The notes beneath the pieces are model-generated. The model was not told the DNA's origin. It made no database searches and was given only the letters and a program-made list of their open reading frames with translations. The position numbers and the translations under genes are program-made. From contig CM082579.2 in the NCBI GenBank assembly GCA_040954595.2, positions 10,095,625 to 10,159,624 on the forward strand: a stretch of 64,000 nt of DNA, written 5' to 3'. Shown piece by piece: positions 61,222-64,000 of the stretch; position 1 is the first letter of the stretch, and each line of letters begins with the position of its first letter. Source of the DNA: Balanoglossus misakiensis. Its lineage: Eukaryota > Animalia > Hemichordata.

Positions 61222-64000
61222 ATGAGAAAGAAAGCGTCTTATATCTTCACGGGTGTCTCTATTATTATAGTTGCCGTCTCAGTCATTCATTTAATTTATG
61301 GTAAGTTATAAAACCCTCCTGATCTGAGCAAACAAAATTCATGAAAATAAGCTCAAAAAGAGCGACTTTTTCCCTTTAAAGATGGGATTGTCTATAATGC
61401 CCTTTCTATCACAAACTTGGAAGAAGAAAAATGTAACGGGTCCCTCTAAACATTCTACTTAACAATTGGACCTCAATAGACTCTGTGAAAAAAATGTTTG
61501 TGTTTAAATAATGAATTTGTGGTTTTCTTTACAACTTCGGGTGACCTGTCAGGCATAGGGATCAAGCTAACAGAATTAGAAAATCGTGTCGGTGATGCTT
61601 TGGGTACCGTTCGTCATCAAGGTAAGAGCCTCGGCGTTATGCTTGACTCTGATCTCAGAGATAGAACCTCATGTTGGACAGATCTGTCGCGACCAGCCAC
61701 ACTTAGAGACCGTTCAGTTTTTACGGCTGGGGGCCCGGCAAAATCCAGGGGGTGGTCACTTAAATTTTGAAGTCCAATAGGGGGGGTCATCTTTTTTTAA
61801 AAAAACGTTTAGGGGGTCACATACTTTTGCCACCGAACTTTTGCTTTTGAGTCCACAAAATTGCACATTCGCGCCCTTTATTTTACAAAATTTTCTAGTG
61901 TGGGAGGGGGACACCCCCTCCCACACCTACCACACCGATGCGTACTTTGAGTGGAGTGGCAAAAGTAAAATTGGTTCTCCCCAATATTCAGTTAATTTGC
62001 TTTTGAGTTCATTAAAATGCAACTTTCAGCACCGTATTTTACAAATTTTTCTCGCGTGGGAGGGGGACACCCCATCCCACACCCATCCCCGCCACTTTTC
62101 TTGTTTTACCAATCCTACCAAGTATTGTATTGACTTGTCATTTTAATTTATTCACTATTCATTCTTTTTGCAACGATATTCTTTCATATACTTCAATTAC
62201 TTTAAGACATTTGTAATTAAGGTGTGGGAAGTCTCATTCCCTTTATTGCATACAAACTTGTACATAGGATCAAGACGGCGAATGTTTTCGGCGTGGGGGG
62301 GGGGGTCATCATATTTTTTGGCCAGTCAAAGGGGGGTCATCGTTTTTTTGGTCCTGGGTGAAGGGGGGGGGGGTCGGTCTGATTTTGAAAACCCATGACA
62401 CAAACTTGACGCCCCCCTCCCAGCCATAAAAACTGAACGGTCCCTTACGCTGGATTGCACTTGTTCGGAAAATATTCATTAAGACCCACCACAGTCTAAT
62501 AAGCCACTTGCAAGACCCCTATGTGACATTTACGGTACATCCTGGCATTTTGCGGTTGGTACAGTATGAGCTTGCCTCGAAATCTCTATCGTATAGGAGC
62601 ATTTTCAAACATTGCCTACCGTGTCGATTTAAAAGACATTTGCACGGCGGCGAAATTCGCCAGTTTTCTGAACACATGTCAAGTCTGCCAATTCAAATCT
62701 TATTATTTCATATCCACTTTTATTCAAAATCTTTTTGAGAGTACCCCCGCAGGTTCTGACTCCTAGGATTCCCGGCACATTTGACAAATTATTACATCTC
62801 TCACGTTACAGGAGTGCGTGATGATACTTGTGCTGTGTCGTTGTCGCCAAACCATACAAATCCAATCGTCGCGCTGGCTAGTTTCCCTGGGTCCGGAAAC
62901 ACGTGGATGAGAATCTTGATAGAAATGGCAACGGGTATATACACAGGGAATGTACATTCAAGTAAAATACTGTATACAGCCGGTAAGTTTTGCCAATTGG
63001 CCAGCGCCCTGCTTGTATAGTAACGTAATGTGAAAACAACATTCGGCGAAGTTGTGGACGGTTAAGATGAGAATAAAAGCCATGGCTCACAATACACCCT
63101 TTTCATAAGTCTAGCGCCCTCATGCAACCATAATGAAAGTGAGGCCAATTGTGGCTGCCTTAAATAGGTTTTCACTTTGCGCTAGGGGGTCAAATCCCAT
63201 TGCATTCTGGTCGAAAAGTCGACAACCCACTGTAGTAAGAGATAGAAGAAATGATGTACTGTATTTCATGACTTCCTTCGGTCAAACATGTCTGTCTTTG
63301 TAGTTACCATATTAAACTTTTTTCACATTTTGTTATTTTTTCTGTTAAAAAGTTTCAGAATGACCCATCATCACTTTAGCTTATGAACTCCTATTACTTA
63401 AACATGGCAAAAATCGGCCATCTTGAAATTTTGTCGACCATGTGAGATTTTTATCACCCACCTAGGTAGCCAAAAACCTATTTAAGGAAATCCCTTGATG
63501 TGATTGGTCAACTTTTCCCCATTGGCCTCGCTTCGAGTTAAAATTCATGATGGCTGTGTGAGGGCGCTACACTTATGAAAAGGGTGTATACAGGGAGTTT
63601 AAGTTCCAGAATGTGCTTTAATTTGTAGATGGTGTATTTGTTTGCTTCAGATCAGATGGACAATAACTCAAATAATTGACAGAGACAATGCCTTTTGGCG
63701 GAAGCAGATTTGCATTTGCCGTGGAAACAAATTAAATTATTGCACTAGGCCTATATTGATAGTCGATTTGCTGGCATTGTTATTGCCGTGAATCAGTCAT
63801 AAGCAAAAGCCCTACCCTATGCCGTTGCCAACCGTCCAACTGTATGAATCGATTTCAGGATTTATCGGTGAACTTGAAAACCCTACCCTTGGCACAACAT
63901 TGACAGTCAAAACACATGGTTGTCGAGGCGAAGACTACGAAGCTGCGATACTGCTTCTACGTGACCCATACAAGGCGCTTATGGCTGAATTTAATCGCGA
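61222..64000 (+). CDS. WSCD-family sulfotransferase (related to sialate O-sulfotransferase), type II membrane, no WSC domains; continues beyond the window
   Basis: Phase-1 exon chain: 61222-61300 ([26 protein letters not shown], signal anchor), 61553-61621 (stem), 62767-62982 ([27 protein letters not shown], 5'-PSB loop), 63859->64000 ([29 protein letters not shown], 3'-PB motif). Confidence 0.88.
61706..62444. mobile_element. PIF/Harbinger-like MITE (TTA TSD) in a sulfotransferase intron
   Basis: TIRs gagaccgttcagtttttacggctggg / cccagccataaaaactgaacggtccc with TTA on both sides. Contains repeated ggggggtcat and gtgggaggggga cacccc units. Confidence 0.8.
63093..63588. mobile_element. TA-flanked MITE (Tc1/mariner-like TSD) in a sulfotransferase intron
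   Basis: ~45-bp imperfect TIRs TA-cacccttttcataagtctagcgccctca / tgagggcgctacacttatgaaaagggtg-TA. Confidence 0.8.

Overview
Eukaryotic, intron-rich, AT-rich genomic DNA that looks like a marine invertebrate (the taxon cannot be fixed from sequence alone). Genes built by hand from splice signals and reading phase: (1) the signal-peptide exon of an unidentified secreted-protein gene (minus, ATG 2601); (2) a 3-coding-exon, ~1173-aa type I membrane protein with two tandem carboxylesterase/cholinesterase-like domains (minus, 7527-12249); (3) a ~45-exon, ~2089-aa ARAP/centaurin-delta gene (SAM, Pro-rich, PH-PH-ArfGAP-ANK-PH-PH-RhoGAP-RA-PH; minus, 16972-46980); (4) a head-to-head single-coding-exon C2H2 zinc-finger gene (plus, 55351-57390); (5) the 5' part of a WSCD-family sulfotransferase that lacks WSC domains (plus, from 61222). 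Introns and intergenic DNA hold MITE-like elements (TTAA, TTA, TA and 9-bp TSD types), long-hairpin elements, an internally inverted Penelope GIY-YIG remnant with a degenerate hammerhead-like motif, and microsatellites. The most striking feature is the tandem esterase. Both domains keep the GxSxG serine but have Arg where the catalytic His should be (RGDE, RGDD), a third RGD lies in the linker, and the tail ends in a neuroligin-like PDZ ligand (-TRL). It may be an undescribed double-domain cholinesterase-like adhesion or receptor protein.
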